Source: Bacteroidia bacterium
GTDB taxonomy: Bacteria > Bacteroidota > Bacteroidia > NS11-12g > UBA955
Direction of reading: 5' to 3'
Assembly: GCA_041391605.1 (NCBI GenBank)
Contig: JAWKNQ010000002.1
Span: forward strand, 21,417 to 85,416
DNA: 64,000 nt
A program made the translations under genes and the position numbers. Positions 29,179 through 38,505 of this stretch are shown piece after piece (position 1 is the first letter of the stretch; every line of letters starts with the position of its first letter). The notes below the pieces were generated by a model. It did not search any database. It had not been told where the DNA came from and saw only the letters and a list, made by a program, of their open reading frames with translations.

Positions 29179-29400
29179 ATGAAGTTTTCCGATTTGTCAC
29201 ATAAAAGGTGGTTTTCGTGGATTTTAGTTCTAATACTCGTGATATCCAATGTAGTTTCGTATGAGATGACCAATGATTATTTTTCAAAGATTAGTGCAAC
29301 TGAACAAGAAGAAGTGAAGGTTGAAAGTAGTGTCTTAGGCAGTGGAAGTAGAATAATAGATTGGGCAAAAGAAATATTGCGATTTTTTAGAAATCCTTAA
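29179..29400 (+). CDS. Small single-TM protein, unknown function
   Basis: 73 aa with TM helix WFSWILVLILVISNVV. Tightly packed between the LtaS-like gene (20 nt) and the histidine kinase (10 nt). Confidence 0.4.
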   Translation: MKFSDLSHKRWFSWILVLILVISNVVSYEMTNDYFSKISATEQEEVKVESSVLGSGSRIIDWAKEILRFFRNP

Positions 29401-29410
29401 GAATTAAGCT

Positions 29411-30466
29411 GTGATCAATAAGTTTTTTACCGAGATTTTTAATCTTTTTACCCGTTACAAACTCTATCATATAGTTTTTTGGGTTGTATATATTGCCTTT
29501 TGGTCGTTTCTTTTACCATCTGGAATTTCTTGGAAAAGAGATGTCTTAAATGCTACCATTTTCATATTTTTTCACATCCTAGTTAGCTATTTTAATAATT
29601 ATTTTCTTATTGAGTGGTTTCTATTTCGAAGAAAATATTTAGCCTATTTTACAAATCTGAGTTTGTCTATTTTGTTGGCTTGTTTTCCGCTAGCGGTAGC
29701 CTCTTATAGATATATTCCCCTTTCGGATGAAAGTATTGCTTCTATATGGACCATTGGTTTTTTTATTTATAATTTTCTAACCATTTTTTTTACTGTTTTA
29801 TTAACTTCATCAATAAAATTATTTCGAAATTGGTATCTAAAAGAGCAAACAAATAAAGAGTTACAAAAATTAAATATTGAGAATGAATTAAAATTTCTTA
29901 AATCTCAGATTAACCCACATTTTTTATTCAACAATCTCAATAATCTTTATGCCCTTACATTAAAACAATCAGAATTAGCACCTGATGCCGTTTTGAAATT
30001 ATCAAATATACTGCGGTTTGGGTTATATGAAAGTCAGAAACAAAAAGTGGCCATAGAAGATGATATTCAATTTGTGCGCGATTACATTGAATTAGAAAAA
30101 TTGCGTTTAGGTGATCGAACTGAAATTACCATTGAAGTTGAAGGTCAGGTTTTTGGAAAAATGATTGAGCCCTTTTTATTTATCAATTTTATTGAAAATG
30201 CTTTTAAGCACGGTGCAAATCCTACTTTAGGAAAATCGTTTATACATATTAAATATAAGATTGACGATGAACACAAGCAGTTGATTTTCAGTGTTTCAAA
30301 TAATAAACCTCAGGTTATTAGTGAATTGGATAAAGGGAAATCTGGAGGAATTGGTCTGAAAAATGTGCAAACCCGTCTGAATATTTTGTATCCAAATAAA
30401 CACATACTTAACATTGTTGACGATAAAGAAAAATATTCTGTAAATTTAACATTAGAAACAACATGA
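29411..30466 (+). CDS. LytS/YehU-type sensor histidine kinase
   Basis: GTG start. About 5 TM helices, then the His_kinase motif LKSQINPHFLFNNLNNLYAL and an ATPase domain (NAFKHG, GGIGLKN). Confidence 0.8.
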   Translation: MINKFFTEIFNLFTRYKLYHIVFWVVYIAFWSFLLPSGISWKRDVLNATIFIFFHILVSYFNNYFLIEWFLFRRKYLAYFTNLSLSILLACFPLAVASYRYIPLSDESIASIWTIGFFIYNFLTIFFTVLLTSSIKLFRNWYLKEQTNKELQKLNIENELKFLKSQINPHFLFNNLNNLYALTLKQSELAPDAVLKLSNILRFGLYESQKQKVAIEDDIQFVRDYIELEKLRLGDRTEITIEVEGQVFGKMIEPFLFINFIENAFKHGANPTLGKSFIHIKYKIDDEHKQLIFSVSNNKPQVISELDKGKSGGIGLKNVQTRLNILYPNKHILNIVDDKEKYSVNLTLETT

Positions 30467-31182
30467 ACACAACTCTAAAATGCATGGCCATCGATGACGA
30501 ACCACTCGCCTTAGAAATTATTGAAGCTCACATTAAAAAATGCGATAACTTAAAGCTTATTGCGAAATGTTCAAATGCTATTGAAGCATCGGAAGCCATT
30601 AGTAAAGAAAAACCAGATTTAATATTTTGTGATATTCATATGCCCGAAATTAGTGGAATTGATTTCATGAAATCAATTCAAAATAGCGGAATTTTAGTTG
30701 TTTTTACCACTGCATATGCAGACTATGCGGTTGATGCATTTACTTTAGATGCTTTGGATTATTTATTAAAACCTGTTTCATTTGAGCGATTCAAAAAATC
30801 AGTTGATCGAGCTGAGGAGTATATTGCCATTAAAGGTCAGTCTGAACAGCCGAAAGCTGAGATGAATGAAGGGTATATGTTCGTAAAGGCAGATTCTAAA
30901 ATGATAAAAATTAACTACGATGAAATATGGTATGTGGAAGCTTTTGCCGATTATGTAAAAATTTACATTTCTGAAGACAAAAGAATTGTAACTCTTCAAA
31001 CTATGAAAAATATGGAACAAAGTTTACCATCTGATTTATTTGCTAGAGTTCACCGTAGCTATATTGTATCTGTTAATAAGGTAGTTGCAATTGGTGCTCA
31101 CGAAGTACAAGTTGGAAATAAAAGTATTCCATTAGGTAAAAATTACAAAGATGCATTTGCTCAAAGAATGCAAATTAAATAA
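30463..31182 (+). CDS. LytTR family response regulator
   Basis: Receiver domain (AIDDEPLAL, DLIFCDIHMPEISG). LytTR DNA-binding domain (FARVHRSYIVSVNKV). 4-nt overlap with the kinase gene. Confidence 0.85.
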   Translation: MNTTLKCMAIDDEPLALEIIEAHIKKCDNLKLIAKCSNAIEASEAISKEKPDLIFCDIHMPEISGIDFMKSIQNSGILVVFTTAYADYAVDAFTLDALDYLLKPVSFERFKKSVDRAEEYIAIKGQSEQPKAEMNEGYMFVKADSKMIKINYDEIWYVEAFADYVKIYISEDKRIVTLQTMKNMEQSLPSDLFARVHRSYIVSVNKVVAIGAHEVQVGNKSIPLGKNYKDAFAQRMQIK

Positions 31183-31200
31183 TCTTATATTTTATATGAA

Positions 31201-31236
31201 AAAAGGAGTCTGATTGTATCCAGACTCCTTTTTTTG
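31201..31236. terminator. Bidirectional rho-independent terminator
   Basis: A-run, GGAGTCTG, 8-nt loop, CAGACTCC, T-run. Lies between convergent genes. Confidence 0.8.
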
Positions 31237-31259
31237 TGATTAAATTTATTGATTAAATC

Positions 31260-32828
31260 TTATCTGAGAAGCGTAAGCATGCCACTGTAATAATGCCATT
31301 TCTTGCGGTTATCTCTAACTTTAATGTGGTAATAATATACACCTTCCATACAATCTATACCATTATTGGTCCCATCCCATGAACCCGTGTTATCATTGCT
31401 AAAATGAACTTTTTCACCCCATCTATTAAAGATTGTTAATTCACAAGTTAAGATTGAGGTAAATTCAGGTTTCCAAATGGTATTAAAGTTGTCTTTATTC
31501 GGACTAAATGCATTTGGAATAAATATTCGATATATATCTAAGACTCTTAGGGTCTGAGAAGTTGTATCATTACAACCATTAATATTTGAAGCAATCATGG
31601 TAACCTCAAATAAACCTGTGTCAGAATAAGAATGTAGTGGGTCTTGATTTGAACTTATACCTCCGTCCCCAAAATCCCAATTGTATTGTGTTGCGCCTAT
31701 TGAGAGATTTGTGAATGTTACTTCAGGTTCCACTATATCAATTTGCCTCGGAAGATAAGAGAAGTCAGCTTCAGCTTGTTCAAAGACATTAATTGTTTGA
31801 GTCTTAGAGAAACAAACCTTATTATTGGACAGAACCATTTCAACTCTTCCTGTATATACACCAGCTGTATTATAACTTTTTGGAATATCACCGTGAACTG
31901 ATCCGCCCTTTCCTGGGTTGTTATCCGTATTTGCTCCATCAAAATACCATTTCCATGTAAAACTTGGATTTAATGGTAATTGTTCAATTGTTTTAGGATG
32001 GAAGAACATGGTATTGTAAGGTTCGCATCCCTGTAAATCAGTTGCTAAAAGACTGTCAGAAACAAAAGGAGCCACCCATAAACGAGCTGAAGTAGTTACA
32101 GAATCTGAACATCCATCTTTCAACTCTAATCCAATATCCATTGATTGACTTGGCGTATAAGTGAGTGAAGAAGCATTGCCGATTGTATTGTTATTCGCTA
32201 ATTCATACCATCTATATGTGTAAGATTGTTGTCTTCCACCACTGCCCATTGCATTAAATGTTTTTGATTCATTTTGGCAGAGTTCATCATCAATCAAATC
32301 AACAAGAGCCAAAGGAGTTCGAGTATAAATGGTGAATGTGGTTGAGTCATTTCTGCTGCAGAAATCATTTCCAACAATTAAGTAGTCTTGTGGCGTCTTA
32401 ACAGGTTTAATAGTGAAATTACCTAAGCTAACATCCGTCGTTGAATCAATTGCTTTTAGTGAGGTTCCATTCTTTTCAAATAGTACAAATTTAATCGGGT
32501 AATTATCCGCACTTGAACCATTAATTACAAGATTATAAGTAGCACCATCACAGATTGTATCACTTGGTGTTGGGTTTGTTATGCTTAAACCAGTTTTAAT
32601 TTGTACATCAAATTTATAACTTGTTTGTTCAGAGTTGCATGTTTGATTCATTCTCATGGAGAAAATCTGGTCATCTGGGATTTGAGCGGTAAAGGATGGA
32701 TTTGTTGTTCCTTTAGCTGAATCAATTAGCACAAATACACCAGTTGTGATGTTGTATAATTTGAAGATATAACCAGTTGAATCACCACCTTTTGCTTTAG
32801 CATTAATTGTCAAAGGTTGATTTTGCAA
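31260..32828 (-). CDS. C-terminal fragment of a large CHU_C / T9SS type B sorting-domain adhesin (disrupted gene)
   Basis: Ig/PKD-like repeats. C-terminal FIPNAFSPNKDNFNTIW...FNRWGEKVHF...YYYHIKV. Continuous by homology with 33122-35290 across a frameshifted junction. Confidence 0.8.
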   Translation of the reverse strand: MQNQPLTINAKAKGGDSTGYIFKLYNITTGVFVLIDSAKGTTNPSFTAQIPDDQIFSMRMNQTCNSEQTSYKFDVQIKTGLSITNPTPSDTICDGATYNLVINGSSADNYPIKFVLFEKNGTSLKAIDSTTDVSLGNFTIKPVKTPQDYLIVGNDFCSRNDSTTFTIYTRTPLALVDLIDDELCQNESKTFNAMGSGGRQQSYTYRWYELANNNTIGNASSLTYTPSQSMDIGLELKDGCSDSVTTSARLWVAPFVSDSLLATDLQGCEPYNTMFFHPKTIEQLPLNPSFTWKWYFDGANTDNNPGKGGSVHGDIPKSYNTAGVYTGRVEMVLSNNKVCFSKTQTINVFEQAEADFSYLPRQIDIVEPEVTFTNLSIGATQYNWDFGDGGISSNQDPLHSYSDTGLFEVTMIASNINGCNDTTSQTLRVLDIYRIFIPNAFSPNKDNFNTIWKPEFTSILTCELTIFNRWGEKVHFSNDNTGSWDGTNNGIDCMEGVYYYHIKVRDNRKKWHYYSGMLTLLR

Positions 32829-33121
32829 ACAGGGTTGTTAAAGGTTATAGTATCAATGTTTAAACCTGGACGAACAAAGACAGTTACATATCCACTATCA
32901 TTTGGATTTGTACATCCATCGGAAAGGACTGCTTTATATGTCACATCTGATGTTCCCATGGTTATGATTTACTCAAACCAGTTCCAAGATTGTTATCCCA
33001 ATTAACTACAGATGCTCCAGGAAGTCCGTCCAGCTATACTAACTTAAGGTCGACAGTGTTGCCTTCACAAACAATTGTATCTTTCGGCATAGTAATTTTA
33101 AACTGTCCCTAACTGTAATCT

Positions 33122-35290
33122 TTATATATGCAGTATCGGCATAGAAATTTCAGAAGAATCTCTAGTACATCCATCCGTAAGTACAGCCATATATGTTGTA
33201 GTAAACTTAGGACTTACACTTTTTGATAACCCAACTCCTAATCCGTGATCCCATGTCACAGTTAAATTATTTGTTAAACCACCCACTGCAGAAGCTTCAA
33301 GCAGTGTGTTGGTGCCTCGACAAATTGTAGTATCTGGAGAAACGCTTAAAAAGAAACTATCCCGTAGGGTAATTCTAACAGTATCTGTACTTGGGGAGCA
33401 ACCTTTGTATTTTGCTGTGACACGATAAGTTGTGTCTCTTAATGGTTTTGCTAAAGGCATAAAACAATCACTGCAACTTAACCAAGTAGAAGGGGTGAAT
33501 GTGTAATTTGAATCACCATCGGTTGTCGAAGTTAAATATAAACTGTTGCCAATGCATATAGTGGTGTCATTTAATAAATTGATGTCAGGTTTTTTGTAAA
33601 CAATTATTTGAGAACTAACGGTGTCGTCTATAGAGGTTAATCCATTACAAACTCCATTTGTCGGTCTTTGAGCAATCATTGTTAAATCATATACACCAGT
33701 ATCATCAAAGGTCTGAGCAAAACTTTTAAATTGTTTAGGGAAGCCACTCATCATGCCATTTTTATCTTTCAAAATCCATTTCCAGGTCACTCCTGTTAAA
33801 TCAGACCCTCCGCCTGAGAATGGTATAACAGCATCTTCACAAACAATGTAAAATGCACTATCGGATTCAAAATCTGCACTGCTTTTACCATTTACTTCTG
33901 AATAAAAGCTTAATGGTTTAATTGATGAGCCGGCATTAAATCCATAAGATCCATGGTCACCGTATGCATATAATACAGCAGAAAATCCATACGGAGAGCT
34001 TATTTTGTGCTGCCCTTGCGTGAGTCCGTCTTGTTGTAAATACGAATAATTTTGGTCTTTATCTACTTTGTACCAAGTTCCTGCTGGTGCAGCTCCATCT
34101 ATGGTAAATGAGTTGGTATGTGCAGTTTTTACAATTACATTTAGAAAGAACTTATTAATTTGTTGGGCATTTTCGCAAACAAAGGACATTTCTTTTAAAG
34201 ATTGCTCCAGCGGTGTTACCCACATCATCATTGGGTCTGTATCTGAGCCACCCCAAACACCATCACATGCTTCAGTTATACCATACTGACAAACACCAAT
34301 TGGTTTGCTGCAAACAATTACAGTATTTGAAGTGATAAAAAACGTGTCATTTTCACCTGCATTTAAAACGGTTACTTTACCATTTACGCGAACTACTGAT
34401 TTGTCAATATGAGCCACGACCTTAACCATGTCTGCTTTTCTTTGTTTGCCTTTGTCGTAAATTGTAGGAATAACTATAAATTTCTTACCCCATAGATTAA
34501 CAGGCATGAGTTCTTCATACAATTGGTCATAAGAAGATTGACATGAACCATATTTTACTGAAGCTCTTGTGGCACCGCCAAAAACTGCAATTGGTTTACA
34601 ATCTTTAGCTCTAACAAGTGTTCCTGTGAGATCCAATTTATGTGTTGCCGCTTTAACCATATAGGTTTCACCTTTATCTAAAGTGATGGTAAATGTTGAA
34701 TTTGCGGCATTGCTGCCTTCTGTGTTACAAGCTGGTGTGATATCAATTTCAGTATTATCTTGGGTTGCCACGATTGCGAAACAGGATTTATAACAACTTG
34801 TGTTTCCTGTTTCATCCCCCATATGAGAAAATATTCGATAATCCACTCCTAAAGCGTCAATAGGATAGATTAAAGAAGCATCTGCAGAATATGATTTGGT
34901 GTTTTGGGCAGAAACAGCAATTGTATCACTGCATTGAACTAGTAAACCCATCGAACGACTAGAATTCGCCTCAGAACCAGTTACATAGCCTAAGCTAGCA
35001 GGCACCAAAACAGTATCTACACCACCGCCAGCTCCGATTGAAAAAGGCATAGTCACATTTGCAATTGGATTCTTAACAGTTCCAGTTGTGGCTTTATTAC
35101 AACTTATAACTATTTTTAATTGTGGGGCAGGTTGGTTGTTACATCCACTAGTTCCACCAATATTTTCAACGAATGTTAACCAAAAGGTTTTTCCTAAAGT
35201 CGATAATTCTTGACCATTAATTGTCAGTAAAGAAAAATAGATTAAAAGAAGGCCAAAGATTCGTGTAAATGAACGTCTCATAAAAATCAT
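33122..35290 (-). CDS. N-terminal fragment of the same large adhesin
   Basis: Signal peptide (MRRSFTRIFGLLLIYFSLLTINGQ). The GKTFWLTFVEN... N-terminal domain resembles that of large CHU-type proteins. Repeated C-containing Ig-like modules (TICxG..., DGCT...). Confidence 0.75.
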   Translation of the reverse strand: MIFMRRSFTRIFGLLLIYFSLLTINGQELSTLGKTFWLTFVENIGGTSGCNNQPAPQLKIVISCNKATTGTVKNPIANVTMPFSIGAGGGVDTVLVPASLGYVTGSEANSSRSMGLLVQCSDTIAVSAQNTKSYSADASLIYPIDALGVDYRIFSHMGDETGNTSCYKSCFAIVATQDNTEIDITPACNTEGSNAANSTFTITLDKGETYMVKAATHKLDLTGTLVRAKDCKPIAVFGGATRASVKYGSCQSSYDQLYEELMPVNLWGKKFIVIPTIYDKGKQRKADMVKVVAHIDKSVVRVNGKVTVLNAGENDTFFITSNTVIVCSKPIGVCQYGITEACDGVWGGSDTDPMMMWVTPLEQSLKEMSFVCENAQQINKFFLNVIVKTAHTNSFTIDGAAPAGTWYKVDKDQNYSYLQQDGLTQGQHKISSPYGFSAVLYAYGDHGSYGFNAGSSIKPLSFYSEVNGKSSADFESDSAFYIVCEDAVIPFSGGGSDLTGVTWKWILKDKNGMMSGFPKQFKSFAQTFDDTGVYDLTMIAQRPTNGVCNGLTSIDDTVSSQIIVYKKPDINLLNDTTICIGNSLYLTSTTDGDSNYTFTPSTWLSCSDCFMPLAKPLRDTTYRVTAKYKGCSPSTDTVRITLRDSFFLSVSPDTTICRGTNTLLEASAVGGLTNNLTVTWDHGLGVGLSKSVSPKFTTTYMAVLTDGCTRDSSEISMPILHI

Positions 35291-35473
35291 AATGTTGGCG
35301 CTATTTTAAGTTAAAGATTAGTAATTTCTTAATAAATTATATGATTATCTAAGTTTTTTTAAATTTGTATTTGATATTCAGTGGATTATTAAATTAAATA
35401 TCTTTATTTTTTTATAATTTAATTTGGGTATCCTCGTAAATAGGGTGGAATTTTACAATCTTATTTTATTTAC

Positions 35474-35481
35474 TATATTTG
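35474..35481 (+). promoter_or_regulatory. -7 promoter box TATATTTG
   Basis: Matches TAnnTTTG. Lies 19 nt upstream of the ATG at 35500, in a 200-bp AT-rich spacer. Confidence 0.45.
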
Positions 35482-35499
35482 CATTTTAAAATCACATTG

Positions 35500-36723
35500 A
35501 TGGAATCAGGTCTCCTGGTCATTTTTTTAACCCTACTTTTCTCCGCTTTTTTCTCTGGAATTGAGATTGCGTTTATTTCTTCAAATAAATTAAGAATAGA
35601 ACTTCAAAATAAGCAAGGAGTATGGAATGCGAAAATTTTATCCTGGTATTTAAAGGATTCATCTAGATTTATCAGTACAACCTTAATAGGAAATAATATT
35701 GCATTAGTTATATATGGAATTTATAGCGGTCAAATGCTTGACATGCTACTAGTTACTTATATTCAAGATTTCTTTTGGCGATTTTTTCTCATCACGATTC
35801 TTTCCACTTTGTTAGTCTTGATTACAGCTGAGTTTTTACCAAAAGCTCTGTTCAGGATGAATCCGGATAAGATATTAAGTGCGTTAATTCTTCCATTTCA
35901 TATTTGTTATTTCTTATTGTGGCCGTTTGTTGGCTTCATTACACTTATCTCTAAGGGAATAATCAAATTGCTAACGGGTGAGAATAATACGATGTCTCAG
36001 CCTGTTTTTAGTAGAATAGATCTTGATCATTTAATATCTCAAACTGGTCAAATAGAATTAAATGAGGATAATAATTTAAGCACTGAAATGTTTAAAAATG
36101 CATTGGATTTTGGAAATCTCAAAGTGAGAGATTGCATGATTCCCAGAACAGAATTGGTGGCAATTGATGAAGAAAGTAGTATAGATGAATTGTTTGAAAC
36201 ATTTTTGGAGTCAAGACATTCCAAGATACCAGTTTATAGAGAGAGTATAGATAATATTACCGGCTATGCTCATCAGGTTTATATGTTTAAAAAACCAAAG
36301 CAAATCAAGGAAGCGACAATGCCAATATTGATTACAAATGAAAGCCGAAGTTTGCACGATCAACTCAAGGAAATGACTCTCAAACGTAAGAGTATTGCGG
36401 TGGTTGTTGATGAGTTTGGAGGCACCGCAGGGATAATTACTATTGAAGATATTATTGAAGAAATATTTGGGGAAATTGATGATGAATACGATACTGAGGA
36501 ATTGAAGGAAATTAAGTTGGGAAATGGTCATTATCTCTTCAGTGGAAGGCACCCCATTGAATATTTGAATACCACGTATAATTTTGATATTCCAGAAGGA
36601 GACTATGAGACGCTTGGAGGATATATTATTAGTATTTGTGAAAGCATTCCTGAAGAGAAGGAAGTTATTCTTAACGAATTTTTTGAAATTACAATTAAGC
36701 AAAGTTCAACATGCCAGAATTGA
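35500..36723 (+). CDS. CNNM/DUF21-CBS-CorC_HlyC family protein (GldE-like), probable 3'-terminal frameshift
   Basis: DUF21 TM domain, CBS pair and CorC_HlyC domain (YETLGGYIISICESIP). The family-typical ending VQHARIEEVEIKILKGSKE* is in the -1/+1 frame from about 36697 and stops at 36763. Confidence 0.8.
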   Translation: MESGLLVIFLTLLFSAFFSGIEIAFISSNKLRIELQNKQGVWNAKILSWYLKDSSRFISTTLIGNNIALVIYGIYSGQMLDMLLVTYIQDFFWRFFLITILSTLLVLITAEFLPKALFRMNPDKILSALILPFHICYFLLWPFVGFITLISKGIIKLLTGENNTMSQPVFSRIDLDHLISQTGQIELNEDNNLSTEMFKNALDFGNLKVRDCMIPRTELVAIDEESSIDELFETFLESRHSKIPVYRESIDNITGYAHQVYMFKKPKQIKEATMPILITNESRSLHDQLKEMTLKRKSIAVVVDEFGGTAGIITIEDIIEEIFGEIDDEYDTEELKEIKLGNGHYLFSGRHPIEYLNTTYNFDIPEGDYETLGGYIISICESIPEEKEVILNEFFEITIKQSSTCQN

Positions 36724-36765
36724 GGAAGTTGAAATTAAGATTCTGAAAGGTTCTAAAGAATAATA

Positions 36766-37194
36766 ATGACTAAGATTCTCCTGATTCACGGTCCTAATTT
36801 GAATTTACTTGGTGAAAGAGAACCAGCTTCATATGGTATGAAGACTTCGCAAACCATTTTGGAGGACTTAAAAAAAGAGTTCCCGAATATTGAGTTAGAC
36901 TATGTACAATCCAATTCTGAATCAGATTTAGTAGATGCCATACAAGCCTCCAGTGCAACATTTCATGGGATATTAATCAATGCTGGCGCTTTTTCTCACA
37001 CATCAATCGCTATTGCGGATGCATTGCGTTCAATAAAACTTCCAGCCATTTCTGTTCACCTTACAAATATCTACCAAAGAGAGGGTTTTAGACACTCTGA
37101 TATAATTGGTGAAGCTTGCCAAGGAGCCATAGTTGGATTAGGAACTGATGGTTATGCTTTGGCACTTGAGTGTTTATTGGAAAAATTATATTGA
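36766..37194 (+). CDS. aroQ: Type II 3-dehydroquinate dehydratase
   Basis: ILLIHGPNLNLLGEREP...INAGAFSHTSIA...HLTNIYQREGFRH. Confidence 0.9.
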   Translation: MTKILLIHGPNLNLLGEREPASYGMKTSQTILEDLKKEFPNIELDYVQSNSESDLVDAIQASSATFHGILINAGAFSHTSIAIADALRSIKLPAISVHLTNIYQREGFRHSDIIGEACQGAIVGLGTDGYALALECLLEKLY

Positions 37195-37195
37195 A

Positions 37196-38467
37196 CTAAT
37201 TTCTTAGGATAATTTGTGTTGCCTCTCCTAAAATTTGTTTTAAAATTATTTTCTTGTCTTTAAACATTTCTGGAATTGAAAGTTCATCCTTTGAGTTGTA
37301 TATGGTTAACAATTGACAATTCGATTCAATATTTATATTGTATTCTTCCTTCAAACTTTCACATAAGTTTTCTATTCTGATATTTTCTCTGGTATCACAG
37401 CATGCTGAAAAACTAATTGCTGAATTTTGCATTACATTTATTCGTACTTTATTTGCTGCGAAATGCTCAAATATTTTACTCAAATTGTCCTCAGCAATAA
37501 ATGAGTAATTTTTAGTGGAAATTGAAAGTAGGGTCTGGTTTTCTTTTACAATATAACACTCTTTAGAAAGATTCTCAGCATCATTGTTAACTACAGTTCC
37601 TGCATCTTCAATGTTTACAAATGAGTTAACTAATAATTGAATGTTTTTGCTTTTAAGAGGTTGAATTGTTTTTGGATGAATAACGGATGCGCCATAATAA
37701 GCTAACTCAATGGCTTGATTAAAGTTAATAGTGTTCAATTTGACAGCATTGGTGAATTTTTTAGGGTCAGCATTCATAACTCCTGCAACATCTTTCCAGA
37801 TTGTGACATCTTCCGCGTCTAAGCAATAACCGAAAATTGCAGCTGTATAATCAGAGCCTTCCCTACCTAATGTTGTCGTTTTATTATAAGCATCTCTACC
37901 AATGAAACCTTGAGTAATTACAACATTTCTTTCAATATATGGTCTTAATATTCGCTTTGTAATTTCTTCTGTTTCGTCCCACTTTACTCTAGCTTCTCTG
38001 TGATTACTATCTGTTTGAATAAAATTTCTGGCATCAACCCATTTGTTTCTATGATCTATACTTTGCAAATAATCGCTCACAATTTTCGTGGATAACAATT
38101 CACCATAACAAATAATCCCATCGTATATTTCATCATAACTTGTGTTGGGATAATGTTTGTCAACCAAGCACTCCAATTCCATGAATAAATCTTCTAAGTC
38201 TGAGTAAATGTGGTGCTTTGGGTCACTTATTAAGTCTTTGGCAATTCCAAAATGGAACGTTTTTAACTCTTCAATTGCCGACTGTTTCCTAATTTTGTCT
38301 TTTTCCCAAAATGCGCGTGTTAATTCTTCCAATTTGTTGGTAGATTTGCCCATTGCTGAAATTACAACAAGTAATTTATCGCTCGAAAAGTGAGCAATTA
38401 TGCGGCCTACATTCCTTACAGCTTCAGCATCTTTAACTGAAGCACCACCAAATTTAAAGACTTTCAT
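37196..38467 (-). CDS. lysC: Aspartate kinase
   Basis: MKVFKFGGASVKDA N-terminus, GREGSDYTAA motif and C-terminal ACT-like region. Confidence 0.85.
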   Translation of the reverse strand: MKVFKFGGASVKDAEAVRNVGRIIAHFSSDKLLVVISAMGKSTNKLEELTRAFWEKDKIRKQSAIEELKTFHFGIAKDLISDPKHHIYSDLEDLFMELECLVDKHYPNTSYDEIYDGIICYGELLSTKIVSDYLQSIDHRNKWVDARNFIQTDSNHREARVKWDETEEITKRILRPYIERNVVITQGFIGRDAYNKTTTLGREGSDYTAAIFGYCLDAEDVTIWKDVAGVMNADPKKFTNAVKLNTINFNQAIELAYYGASVIHPKTIQPLKSKNIQLLVNSFVNIEDAGTVVNNDAENLSKECYIVKENQTLLSISTKNYSFIAEDNLSKIFEHFAANKVRINVMQNSAISFSACCDTRENIRIENLCESLKEEYNINIESNCQLLTIYNSKDELSIPEMFKDKKIILKQILGEATQIILRN

Positions 38468-38476
38468 TCTTTTGAT

Positions 38477-38484
38477 TATTTTTG
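38477..38484 (+). promoter_or_regulatory. -7 promoter box TATTTTTG
   Basis: Matches TAnnTTTG. Lies 22 nt upstream of the ATG at 38506. Confidence 0.45.
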
Positions 38485-38505
38485 CAAAAATAATTTAGTA
38501 CAATC

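Noticed and set aside
36211-36702. 163-aa antisense ORF inside the CNNM/CorC gene, plus similar shadow ORFs across the track (e.g. 833-1021, 3250-3543, 6251-6589, 12873-13148, 25326-25866, 60955-61308, 63574-63783)
   Set aside because: All lie opposite or out of frame within strongly supported genes. Their composition is N/I/F/L/S-rich and no motifs are present. They are typical chance ORFs in AT-rich DNA.
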